Shown: piece after piece, positions 1-10,168 of the stretch
How the letters are laid out: every line of letters begins with the position of its first letter
Position numbering within the stretch: position 1 is the stretch's first letter
Assembly (NCBI RefSeq): GCF_006345805.1
Contig: NW_021836487.1
Coordinates: 1 to 27,428, forward strand
Direction of reading: 5' to 3'
From: Octopus sinensis
Taxonomy: Eukaryota
Length of the DNA: 27,428 nucleotides
Program-made: the position numbers and the translations under genes
The notes under the pieces: generated by a model
Databases searched by the model: none
Told to the model about the DNA's origin: nothing
What the model saw: only the letters and a program-made list of their open reading frames with translations

Positions 1-560
1 TATTAATTCAACTCTTGCAAAAGGGAGACTTTACGTTTCAGACGTTTGTCTTTCTTCACAGAAAAATATAAAGAATGAGAAAATGTAGTTGAAAAATAAA
101 GGTTAGGGGCCAGAATGAATTGCAGCTCTTTGGGAAGAGTTAGGAAAGGAGGAGGCAGAGGTGGTGTATCCATGCTTAGGAGTGTATTCATGTGTAAAGA
201 CAGGCATTATTGCTTCGTATGTGGTTGTAAGGTGCGTGTGTGGCGTTTCAGCATGTGTGTGTACGTGTAATTTTTATTTCATGTTCAGGAAGGCATGGAG
301 AGGAGGATGTGGCAGGCGTGGGTGTGAGATGAAAGGGAAGGTGAGAGGAATGTAGTATCGAAGAAGATAAACCAATGATGGAATAAACCGTATTGATAAT
401 GGAGAAATATAAATAAGAATAGTAAAGTGATAACACTGGTGAAAAGCCTAGAAGTTATGCGACAGATATACTGTCCAGAGAAAGTAATAAAAGATGGATA
501 AAGAGAATGCTGTGGAAATGGGCCCAGACAAAGAAACAAATGGGGAAATAGTAGGGGAGA
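1..560 (-). mobile_element. Probable 3' non-coding/terminal-repeat part of a decayed Penelope-like element
   Basis: Same purine-rich + strand bias as 1640-3370. Minus strand 31-60 reads GTGAAGA-A-AGAC-AAAC-GTCT-GAAAC-GTA, a degenerate minimal hammerhead layout typical of Penelope terminal repeats. The link to the GIY-YIG fragment is inference. Confidence 0.4.
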
Positions 561-587
561 CACATTGTGGTTAAATGCTTAAGAAAA

Positions 588-750
588 ATGGCATGGCTGT
601 GCGATAAGGAGTTTGCTTTCCAAGCACATGGCCCTGGGTTCAATCCCTGTGCATGGCGCCATGGGCAAATGGCTTCAAATCTCGCTTCAGGTCGACTACA
701 GCCCTGTGAGTAGATTCATTAGACAAAAACTGAAAGAAGTCCGTTGTATA
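588..750 (+). mobile_element. Diverged CORE-type tRNA SINE, 5' half
   Basis: Aligns by eye to 10169-10333 (tggctgtg...gggttcaatccc...aactgaaagaag). Confidence 0.7.
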
Positions 751-754
751 ATAA

Positions 755-1093
755 GCGGAACATTTTCCAATCGAAGTCGGATGTAGAGGGTTCGTTGGAC
801 ACAGTGTGAGACTGTTGTTATCGCTAGGCCTAACTCATCAGAAAGTCAATACCGCCATGAGTGATATCCAATCTACAGTGGAGAAGGCTAGCCACTGGAT
901 TTGGTTAAAAAGGGACGATGAGCGATGGCTAGAAGGATATAGAGCTTCATTTGATAACCAGCTGATCTAGCAAGCGGGGCCGGTGCGCATTGATGCCGTT
1001 GAGACGTAGGTCCCGAAACGGCGTGCATTCTCTCCTGATGACCCCATACACTTGCTGGCTTCAGGTATACGGAGTTATTGACTGGTAGCACTT
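755..1093 (+). mobile_element. 5'-truncated HERO-type (R2-group, restriction-like endonuclease) non-LTR retrotransposon 3' end
   Basis: 755-970 translates without stops to AEHFPIEVGCRGFVGHSVRLLLSLGLTHQKVNTAMSDIQSTVEKASHWIWLKRDDERWLEGYRASFDNQLI*. PIEVGCRGF and EKASxWIWLKR are C-terminal motifs of HERO-clade proteins. A structured 3' UTR follows. Confidence 0.8.
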
Positions 1094-1314
1094 ATATATA
1101 TAGATTATAGATTTGCAAATGCTATTAACCTACCCCTTGCATTCCGATCCTGCACCATCGGAGATAACAGAAGATAGTCAGAATATCCAAATCCATATAG
1201 ACGAATGAATTCATATTTTCCCTCCAAGATTACCATGTGTGTCACAAAATAGTACAGCAGAAAGAGAACTGCAGTTCGTGATAAGAGAGTGAAAATTTTC
1301 ATTACTAATATAAG

Positions 1315-1523
1315 GGTAAATAATTATTAATTTTTAAAATTAATAATTATTACCAAGTAGTTTCAGTATGGAAAGAGAACCATTATCACTAGGAACTTTT
1401 ACAAAAAGGTTTTATATATATATAATTAGAGTTAATCAACAAATTTTCAGTATGTGGTTAAGTAACAAGTTGCTTAACCACATACTGAAAATTTAGAAAT
1501 AGCAGCCAAAGACTGCTATTTCT
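1315..1523. repeat. Three short near-perfect hairpins
   Basis: 1315-1354 (19 bp arms, one bulge), 1441-1494 (22 bp perfect arms plus inner pairs), 1495-1523 (11 bp arms). Confidence 0.8.
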
Positions 1524-1542
1524 ATTACTACAGGAAATTCTT

Positions 1543-1566
1543 TATATATATATATATATATATAAT

Positions 1567-1619
<53 letters not shown>

Positions 1620-1637
1620 ATATGTATGTGTGTGTGT
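1543..1637. repeat. (TA)n/(TG)n microsatellite
   Basis: Directly visible. Confidence 0.95.
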
Positions 1638-2125
1638 GCAATCGGGGTTGGAGGGTCTGTAGCAAAGACTGACTGCTGAATTGGATAATTGTCAAACCAG
1701 TGAAGAACAGTTGTCAGGCAAGGTGGAAGTGGAGGTGCGGGCGTATGAGGGTGAGTGAAGAGACATGTGTGTGTGTGTGTGTGTGTGTGCGCACGTGTGT
1801 GCGTGCGCGTGTAGGTTGGTGTGAGAATGGGTATGCATTCTAGTGCAGGTATGTGTGTGTAAGATAGAACGTAAGTTCATATGTATGTTTGTAAGTAGTG
1901 GAGTGTAGACATACGTGGATATGTACGTCTCAGTGAGAGGATGTAAGAGAGTATGTGTGAGTGTGTGGAGATTTTGCTGTAAGGGGAGTGTTAAAGGAGC
2001 AGGAAAGGGAAGGAGATGGGTGTGTGTGTGTGCGTGCGAATGTGCACGTGGAAGTTATGTTTGTGTGTTGGGTGGCGGGTTTGTAGGGTGTTAGTGTAAA
2101 AGGTGTAGCTGTATTGAGAGTAAGT

Positions 2126-2429
2126 TGTTTGTTCCTTCTCGAGCCATGCCTGGCTCATAAGGGCCGGTTTCCCAATTTCTTGGCATATAGGTTCCCCACC
2201 TGGACGGGACGCTGGTCCATTGCAGGTGAGCTGCAAGATGCAGGAGGAAAGAGCGAGAGAAAGTTGTGGCGAAAGAGTCAGCAGAAGTTTCGCCATTACC
2301 TTCTGCCGGAGCCGCGTGGAGCTTAGGTGTTTTGCTCATAAACACCCACATCGCCCGGTCAGAGATTCGAACCCGCAATCCCTCGACCGCGAGCCCGCTG
2401 CTCTAACCACTAGGCCATGTGCCTCCACA
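2126..2429 (-). mobile_element. tRNA-Arg-like SINE (octopus OR-like), tail type A
   Basis: A/B-box head at 2429-2355, shared body, AAC-rich end, 13-bp target duplication ATTGAGAGTAAGT at 2113-2125 and 2430-2442. Confidence 0.85.
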
Positions 2430-2607
2430 ATTGAGAGTAAGTGATGGTTGCAGGAGGAAGAGATGGTGATCAGATGGATGTGCGTGCGAGTAGGTTACGT
2501 AGGAGCAACGAGGAGAAGAGGCAGATAAAGTGAGGGATTGAGTGGGGAGAAAACAGGTTGAAGAATTGGAGCCGAAAGGACTATAGGTTTAGAGAGAGAA
2601 AATGATC

Positions 2608-3026
2608 GGATCTTTTCGGTTTAAACAGCAGTTTCTTCTAGCGGTGTCATATGAAATTGTCACCCATAATTATGACCCTAGTATTGATCTATTGCATTTC
2701 AATCTGTTTTAGGGTTAGGGTTAGGGGTTGGGGGAATGGTATCTTTTTTTTCTTCACAAATATAAATAAACCCAATCTGTTTCTTAAACGAGGGACATAT
2801 TCATACGGCACAGAATGTTTTTTTACCTCAATGGACGTCATGATGGTTGAAATTGCAGAAATTGAAGAAAAAAAACAACAAATATCTTACAAACTATAGA
2901 ATTTTCTCAATAAAGTCAAGAGAAAAAGATGTTTTATAAAAACACATTCTACCAGTATATGAAGTTTAAAATTTTTTAGTTACCTAGAAATTATGTTAAA
3001 AGCTGCCATTCAAACCGAAAAGTTCC
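2608..3026. mobile_element. MITE with ~28 bp terminal inverted repeats (Merlin-like or hAT-like)
   Basis: GGATCTTTTCGGTTT...AAACCGAAAAGTTCC ends, 8-bp duplication AAATGATC at 2600-2607 and 3027-3034, internal (TTAGGG)3. Confidence 0.9.
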
Positions 3027-3144
3027 AAATGATCTTCTGTTTTCTGGGGAGGTGAGGGGTGAGGAGAGTCATGGACAGTGGCCACACAGAAGACTGAGCG
3101 GTGTTGAGCATAATGGTTTGTGGAGCCGAAATGTGGAGAGAACG

Positions 3145-3300
3145 TTACTCGTTTTTAAGTCGGATGTCTCTGAGGTACTATGCGGACCTATCAGCCGGTC
3201 GGTTCCTGGTTGTCCCGATGTAGAAAAGATTGCAGAAGGAGCAATGGAGTTCAAATATAAAGTTAGGGGAAGTGCAGCGGAGGGCATTTGTAATGCAAAA
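3145..3300 (-). pseudogene. Penelope-type GIY-YIG endonuclease remnant
   Basis: Minus frame FCITNALRCTSPNFIFELHCSFCNLFYIGTTRNRPADRSA*YLRDIRLKNE* matches the CTSxNxIY-xxCxxC-xxYIGxT-R-xxDRFxEHLRDIR pattern, with an internal stop. Confidence 0.85.
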
Positions 3301-4141
3301 GCATGGTGGCTGGATCTGGTAAGGGAGGTGATATTAGAGAGAAAAGGGCCTTAATTTGGGTCTATTGCGATACATAACATGTTGCCTAGTGAGTATATTA
3401 TGAGGCTACTTCCAGCAGAATCTATATCAAAGTATATATATTAAATGAAGGCTAGTAGCAAACCATAACACAAATAACACAATTCAATGAATATCTTCTG
3501 TAAGAAGTGAAACCGGTTTGAAACTATGTACAATGATGTATTTCTGTCATTATAAATTTTGAAATGATCTGAATGTACTTTGGGATCTGTAATCTTAAAA
3601 TGATTTGATTGTAGTAATGTATTTTGGATATGATATTTTGTAATATGTAATAATGTATTTTGAAATAATTTGATTGTCATAATCTGTTTTTCAATGGATA
3701 TTACTGTATTTTAAAATGATTTGACTGTAATACTATTCTTTGGATTAATTCACTGCAATATAAAATCGCATTTTCTTCTTAATATGTATCTCAATCTGTG
3801 TTGTAGTTTCCTTGAATCATTGCAGAATATATGAAAATTGCTATTTATAGAACGAGACCAATACTACTGGTGGGTATGATTGAACTTGTATTAGAAGGGC
3901 AAAGACTGAAATTTTATCTGAAATACATTTAATATTATTTATATTTCAAGTGTGTAATCTTGTACTCTTCACACCTTGATAAAAGTTATTATTACTTGAA
4001 ATGTGTGGATTATGAAATATAGTTGACGTTAAGTTCAGCTTTCTTTTTCTTTTCATACAAATGCAATCATACTCCAATTGCATCATCACCGTCATCATCA
4101 TCATCGTTGTCATCATCTTCTTCTTTGTTTCTGACATCCAG

Positions 4142-4380
4142 AATGGGAGATTGGATCATCTTCTGGTCAGTCGGACATATTTCCTCGAATCAAGACTGGT
4201 ACCGGCAGAAGCAAGAAGGTCTCCCTGATCAACGGTCAGCTGTTTATGGATGGTGCTTCAGCCAATGACTCTATGTCTATATCAATGATGGCTAAACGGA
4301 ACTGGACAAATGACCAGTCGATTGAAGAGACCAAAAAGTCATTGGTTTTCCAGATGGAACCAGGGCGATGTCTCCACCAA
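4142..4380 (+). CDS. Candidate coding exon of an unidentified gene
   Basis: Pyrimidine-rich acceptor (tcttcttctttgtttctgacatccAG). Non-repetitive open frame WEIGSSSGQSDIFPRIKTGTGRSKKVSLINGQLFMDGASANDSMSISMMAKRNWTNDQSIEETKKSLVFQMEPGRCLHQ. The donor is uncertain: only GC-type sites at 4381/4385/4389; otherwise the frame stops at 4423-4425. Confidence 0.55.
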
Positions 4381-4521
4381 GCAAGCAAGCAAGCATGCAT
4401 GCATGTCATCAGTTTTATTTCATGATTTTTTGCCAATAGAAAAAGAGCCGGTTTCTAACCTAGATCCAAGGTTAATTTCAACAACACCAACAGGGTATTT
4501 CTGTATGTATGTATGTATGTA

Positions 4522-4590
4522 TTTTTTTATCTTTATTTTTATTTTATCTAGTTTCAGCTCACGAGCTGTGGCCATGCTGGGGCACCGCCA
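4522..4590 (-). mobile_element. Short retroposon 3' tail fused to a U6 fragment
   Basis: Minus strand GGCGGTGCCCCAGCATGGCCACAGCTCGTGAGCTGAAACTAGATAAAA resembles the CORE-SINE 3' end at 9115-9160. Confidence 0.75.
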
Positions 4591-4593
4591 TTT

Positions 4594-4635
4594 AAAAATA
4601 TGGAACGCTTCACGAATTTGAGTGTCATCCTTGCG
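4594..4635 (-). pseudogene. RNU6: U6 snRNA 3' fragment (retrocopy)
   Basis: Minus strand CGCAAGGATGACACTCAAATTCGTGAAGCGTTCCATATTTTT matches the conserved U6 3' end, as recalled, with one mismatch. Confidence 0.92.
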
Positions 4636-5384
4636 TATGTATGTATGTAATTATGTATGTATGTATGTATGTATGCATGCATGCAGATTTGTATGTTTTG
4701 CTTTATCTCTGTATTCTCATACATATAGTTGCATATCTAGACATGCGCATATATATACTTAAATGATAAACTTCCGGAAATTTTTACAGATTATTACAGT
4801 TCCAGTGATGGCTTGGATCTGTAGTCTTCGAACCAGCTTTTTGCTTTCTGCTTTTGAGAAGCCTAATTTCTCAAGATTGCAAACTATAAACACACACACA
4901 AACACATATCATTTTTATACGCGTAAAATTATCAAACTAGAAAAACGTTATTAAAAGTTGCATAAAGCCATTGACTTCTACATATGTAGATTGCACAAAT
5001 CTATACTCACACACACCTATAGTCATCGCCTGATTACACACACACATATACACACATTCACTCAACAACGATTGTTTAACTTATACTTCATTGCCTGCCC
5101 TTCATCCCAGCACCTGTTACACTAATTCCCTCCCCCATTGGCTCTTCTTCTTCTTCACAATCCACACCTTATTCTCTATGAATTTTCCTGTGTGGTAGTA
5201 ATTTATATTATTTATCAGTGATCTAAAATAGCCGCAAATGTAAAGTGTGGTAAGCAGGAGGAAGGATTAACCACAATGTTGGTAGAAGAGAATACGCCCT
5301 CAATAACCACAATCCGGATAGCAGATAGCATTGAAGCACAAATACAATTTTAAATGAATGACCAAGAAAAAACAAAAATACAAG

Positions 5385-5540
5385 TGAAAACAACAAATAC
5401 CTTACAAACTATAGATTTTTCTCAATAAAGCCAAGAGAAAAAGATGTTTTATAAACACATTCTACCAGTATACGAAGTTAAAACTTTTTTTAGTTACCTA
5501 GAAATTATGTTAAAAACTGCCGTTCAAACTGAAAAGATCC
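5385..5540. mobile_element. MITE, right-hand part only (same family as 2608-3026)
   Basis: Ends in AAACTGAAAAGATCC; the left part is absent. Confidence 0.85.
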
Positions 5541-6927
5541 AACTTTTGCTTTGTATTTTTATAAGTTGACTCCAAGTCTCACCTGGAGACCCCAAGAGAC
5601 AATGAGTTAGAAGTTGAAGCTGGTGTTATAACTAGGGTGCCATATTTTTGGTTTTGCCCGGAGTATTGTTCTAGAGAATGTCTGTCAAATCATGAGAAAA
5701 TTAAATAACACACACACATACACACACACAAACATACATATTCAACAGGCTTTTTTCAATTTCTGTCTATCAAACCCTCTCGCAAGCCACTTGGCCAAGG
5801 TGTCACACAGTGACAGTGAACCCGGTGCCATGTGACAGGGAACAAACTTTGAATCATTTCGGTTTGAACGGCAGTTTTTTCTAGCGGTGTCATATGAAAT
5901 TGTCACCCATAATTATGACCCTAGTATCGATCTATTGCATTTCAATCTGTTTTAGGGTTAGGGTTAGGGGCGGGGGAAGGGTATCTTTTTTTCTTCACAA
6001 ATGTAAATAAACCCAATCTGTTTCTTAAACGAGGGACATTAATATGGCACAGAATGTTTTCACCTCAATAGACGTCATTGATTGGTTGAAATTAGAGAAA
6101 TTGAAGAAAAAAAACAAGAAATATCTTACAAACCACAGAATTTTCTCAATAAAGCCAAGAGAAAAAGATGTTTTATAAACACATTCTACCAGTATACGAA
6201 GTTAAAACTTTTTTTAGTTACCTAGAAATTATGTTAAAAACTGCCGTTCAAACTGAAAAGATCCAACTTTTGCTTTGTATTTTTATAAGTTGACTCCAAG
6301 TCTCACCTGGAGACCCCAAGAGACAATGAGTTAGAAGTTGAAGCTGGTGTTATAACTAGGGTGCCATATTTTTGGTTTTGCCCGGAGTATTGTTCTAGAG
6401 AATGTCTGTCAAATCATGAGAAAATTAAATAACACACACACATACACACACACAAACATACATATTAACAGGCTTTTTTCAATTTCTGTCTATCAAACCC
6501 TCTCGCAAGCCACTTGGCCAAGGTTGTCACACAGTGACAGTGAACCCGGTGCCATGTGACAGGGAACAAACTTTGAATCATTTCGGTTTGAACGGCAGTT
6601 TTTTCTAGCGGTGTCATATGAAATTGTCACCCATAATTATGACCCTAGTATCGATCTATTGCATTTCAATCTGTTTTAGGGTTAGGGTTAGGGGCGGGGG
6701 AAGGGTATCTTTTTTTCTTCACAAATGTAAATAAACCCAATCTGTTTCTTAAACGAGGGACATTAATATGGCACAGAATGTTTTCACCTCAATAGACGTC
6801 ATTGATTGGTTGAAATTAGAGAAATTGAAGAAAAAAAACAAGAAATATCTTACAAACCACAGAATTTTCTCAATAAAGCCAAGAGAAAAAGATGTTTTAT
6901 AAACACATTCTACCAGTATACGAAGTT
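5420..6927. repeat. Near-identical 724 bp tandem duplication
   Basis: 5521 matches 6245 and 5851 matches 6575; I noticed only two single-base indels. Confidence 0.92.
5851..6264. mobile_element. MITE, chimeric copy
   Basis: Left part identical to the 6575-6988 copy, right end identical to 5480-5540. The flanks are not a matched target duplication. Confidence 0.85.
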
Positions 6928-7022
6928 TAAAAGTGTTTAGTTACGTGGAAACTATTTTAAAAAACTGCCAGTCAAACCGAAAAGATCCCAAACTTTTTGT
7001 CACACACCCACATCTGCTCCTG
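6450..7022 (-). mobile_element. Diverged CORE-type SINE head split by the MITE (partial duplicate at 5725-5850)
   Basis: 6450-6574 joined to 6997-7022 aligns to the reverse complement of the SINE head. Confidence 0.6.
6575..6988. mobile_element. MITE, full copy
   Basis: Terminal inverted repeats and 8-bp duplication CAAACTTT at 6567-6574 and 6989-6996. Confidence 0.9.
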
Positions 7023-7169
7023 TCAGGCAGATTCTGTATGGAAGTTATTCGCGTCTTTGAGATACTCAGCCACTTACATGCTAATTCAAGGCACAGGTTG
7101 TACAATTGTTGGAATAAACGGAGTACTCAGCAACCATACGGACGGAAAACCATTTCATATTTTTAAATG

Positions 7170-7326
7170 TGTATATATAAGGTACACATGTGTGGGTATG
7201 TATGTATGTAAGTATGTATGTAAGTATGTATGTATGAATGCATGTCTGTGAGTGTATGTGTGTGTTTGTGTATGTATAGACACATACACCCAAACACGTG
7301 TGAGTGTGTGTGTGTGTATATATATA

Positions 7327-7357
<31 letters not shown>

Positions 7358-7418
7358 GTATATATATGTATATATGTATATATATATATACATATGTTTG
7401 TGGATTGATGACGGCAAA

Positions 7419-7464
<46 letters not shown>
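7170..7464. repeat. Compound (TATG)n/(TA)n/(TG)n microsatellite
   Basis: Directly visible. Confidence 0.95.
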
Positions 7465-7465
<1 letters not shown>

Positions 7466-7483
7466 CTGCTCTTCTATTGCCAG

Positions 7484-7622
7484 TGGTACCAAAAAATGTT
7501 GAATAGTACACACTCCAGATCTTCCTTTGATCACTCTGCCAAGGAATGCCGACTTCCAGTTTGGAGATGATGTGTTTAGCAGCGGCACCAAAAGCAGCAG
7601 CAGTGGGAAGGGTAGGAAGTCG
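7484..7622 (+). CDS. Candidate exon with unresolved frame
   Basis: Acceptor cctgctcttctattgccAG; donor candidates GTAGGA (7612) and GTGGGT (7623). The frame [40 protein letters not shown] is open from 7503, but no frame is open across the whole interval. Confidence 0.45.
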
Positions 7623-7729
7623 GTGGGTGGGGGAAGAGGTGTAGGAGGAGGAGGAGAAAGAACATTGGATGGGGTCTTACTCTACTTGTCTGTCTCACAC
7701 CCTCTCTCTCTCCTCTCTCTATCCCACTC

Positions 7730-8036
7730 TCTATATATATGTGAACATATATATATATATATGCATACATACATTCATACATACATACATATATATAAGT
7801 GTATATATATATATGTATGTATATATGCATATATATATATATATATATATATATGTTCGTATTGTTCTGTTATATGTGATATGTATTACACATACACATA
7901 TATATCAGATTTATACACACACACATATATGCACGTATATTATTAAAGCACAAAAATGTATATACACACACACATATATATGTATTTATATATGTATGTA
8001 TATTACAATATATGAATATTACACACACACGCACAT

Positions 8037-8074
<38 letters not shown>

Positions 8075-8310
8075 GTATTTATATATGTATGTATATTACA
8101 ATATATGAATATTACACACACACACACACACATCCATACATGCATGTGTTACATAGAGATTTCTAATCGAGATAAATTATCGGGAAAAACGGAAATGACA
8201 AACTCGAAATAGCGACATAATTGAAGTTCGGCTTCTAATATGTGTGTCTGTGCGTGTTTGTACACACACACACACACACACACAAACACACATGCACGCA
8301 CACTCACACA
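7730..8310. repeat. (TA)n/(CA)n microsatellite field with a ~65 bp unit repeated at ~7965 and ~8055
   Basis: Directly visible. Confidence 0.9.
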
Positions 8311-8766
8311 TTGTGTCAATATATTCTCTCTGTCGCCACTTAAAGTTTCACTGTCGTGCACAAAGTTCTGTCGATCAAGGAATACGTTTATGTGTAAACG
8401 AGGGTGTGTGTGTGTGTGCGTATTTGTAGACAAGGGTGTGTGTATGAGTGTGGATGAAAGGCTGTTTCATGTGTATAGACGAAAGACCATGGTATATGTG
8501 TAGTTCGTAAATGATCTCAAACAAGCGTGAAATTCCGAGTGGTGATGACGGAATCACCGGCCTTACACAAGTATATAGATCTTCCCAGATATGCCGAGTA
8601 TACTTTTTTAATACTTTGCATTTTTAAAACGCACACACCTTTACACACACAAACACGCACACACACACACACATACGCACACATGGACGCATACTCACAC
8701 ACGCACACACGTACTTACGCATCACATATGTACGTATGTTACGCTGTGTATGTTTATGTGTATATA

Positions 8767-8929
8767 GGTGCAAGAGTGGTTGTGTGGTAAGTAGGTTGCT
8801 TACCAACCACATGGTTCCGGATTCAGTCCCACTGCGTAGCACCTTGGGCAAGTGTCTTCTACTATAGCCTCGGCTCGACCAAGTCCTTGTGAGTGGATTT
8901 GGTTGACGGAAACTGAAAGAAGCCTGTCG

Positions 8930-8960
<31 letters not shown>

Positions 8961-9171
8961 TTGTTTGCATGTCTGTGTTTATCCCCCAACATCGCTTGAT
9001 AACCGATGCTGGTATGTTCACGTCCCCGTAACTTAGCGGTTCGGCAAAAGAGACCGATAGAATAAGTACTAGGCTTACAAAGAATAATCCCTGGAGTCAA
9101 TTTGCTCGACTAAAGGTGGTGCTCCAGCATGGCCGCAGTGAAATGACTGAAACAAGTAAAAGAGTTAATGA
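8767..9171 (+). mobile_element. Full-length CORE-type tRNA SINE with internal microsatellite
   Basis: tRNA-like head, CORE-like GCACCTTGGGCAAGTGTCTTCT, (TA)(TG) spacer, tail ending GAAACAAGTAAAAGAG. Confidence 0.9.
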
Positions 9172-9531
9172 GTATATAATATACTTATTCATATGTATAG
9201 GACTGCCACATTCTGTTGGCAAATACCATATATATATATATATATATGTGTGGTGTGTGTGTGTTTGTTTGCATGTCTGTGTTTATCCCCCAACATCGCT
9301 TGATAACCGATGCTGGTATGTTCACGTCCCCGTAACTTAGCGGTTCGGCAAAAGAGACCGATAGAATAAGTACTAGGCTTACAAAGAATAATCCCTGGAG
9401 TCAATTTGCTCGACTAAAGGTGGTGCTCCAGCATGGCCGCAGTGAAATGACTGAAACAAGTAAAAGAGTTAATGAGTATATAATATACTTATTCATATGT
9501 ATAGGACTGCCACATTCTGTTGGCAAATACC

Positions 9532-9545
<14 letters not shown>
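8931..9545. repeat. 304 bp tandem duplication of the SINE 3' half plus unique flank
   Basis: 9116 matches 9420; the units are bounded by (TA)n(TG)n tracts. Confidence 0.92.
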
Positions 9546-9583
<38 letters not shown>

Positions 9584-9584
9584 A

Positions 9585-9757
9585 TACGATGGGTTTCTTT
9601 TAGTTCCCCTCTACTAAATCTACTCACAAGGATTTAGTTGGCCCAGGGCTATAGTAGAAGACATATGCCCAAGATACCGCACACCAGGACTGAACCCGGA
9701 ATCACGTGGCTCATAAACAAAGAAACACACTTCTTACTCCGCAGCCACATCTGTGTC
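9585..9757 (-). mobile_element. CORE-type SINE 5' half
   Basis: Reverse complement of the 8767-8930 head, diverged. Confidence 0.8.
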
Positions 9758-10168
9758 AACGTGTGTGTGTGTGTGTGTGTGTAATTGAGTGTGTATCTGT
9801 GTCACTTCTGACCGGCTTACAAAGCCCGCTTTTGAAAAAACGCCCCAGAAAATCAAGTTGCGTCTTATAAAAAGCCAGTTCAAGATTTAATGTTCCTGGT
9901 AAGTAATGGTTAGGTCGCTTCAGTGACCCATAAAACGAACTACTTCCCAGAGTTATTTTTAACCATTTTCAAAGCCAGCATTGCATATCGTATTGTATTT
10001 AACTTCATATAAAATGACAACAGCCAAGAGGAAATTACGTGATAATGCTTGACCCCACATGAAATCAAACCAGTACTTGATTGTATACCGAACTTGACGC
10101 TCTGAATGAAATTAGGGCACAGTTCCCATATACAGATTATGCGTTATATAAATAATATATACAATTCA

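Larger units (their letters stand above)
1640..3370 (-). mobile_element. Decayed Penelope-like retroelement interrupted by a SINE and a MITE
   Basis: GIY-YIG remnant at 3300-3145. Its C-terminal RKQKIIFSL*TYSPFG reads across the MITE insertion site once 2608-3034 is removed. Boundaries are approximate. Confidence 0.65.

Noticed and set aside
2708-2733. TTAGGG repeats as a true telomere or fusion site
   Set aside because: Only three units, always at the same position inside the MITE.
2651-2899. Repeated 82-83 aa ORF (also 17752-18003)
   Set aside because: It lies inside the MITE, shifts frame between copies and has no transposase motif.
3540-3760. Recurring AAATGATTTGATTGT units as a CRISPR-like array
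   Set aside because: A degenerate, irregular minisatellite in eukaryotic DNA with no cas genes.
4248-4268. TGG TGC TTC AGC CAA TGA resembling an antizyme frameshift site
   Set aside because: It lacks the TCC-TGA shift site, and no antizyme-like protein follows.
8767-8835. tRNA genes at SINE heads
   Set aside because: A and B boxes are present, but there is no full cloverleaf and each runs into a SINE body.
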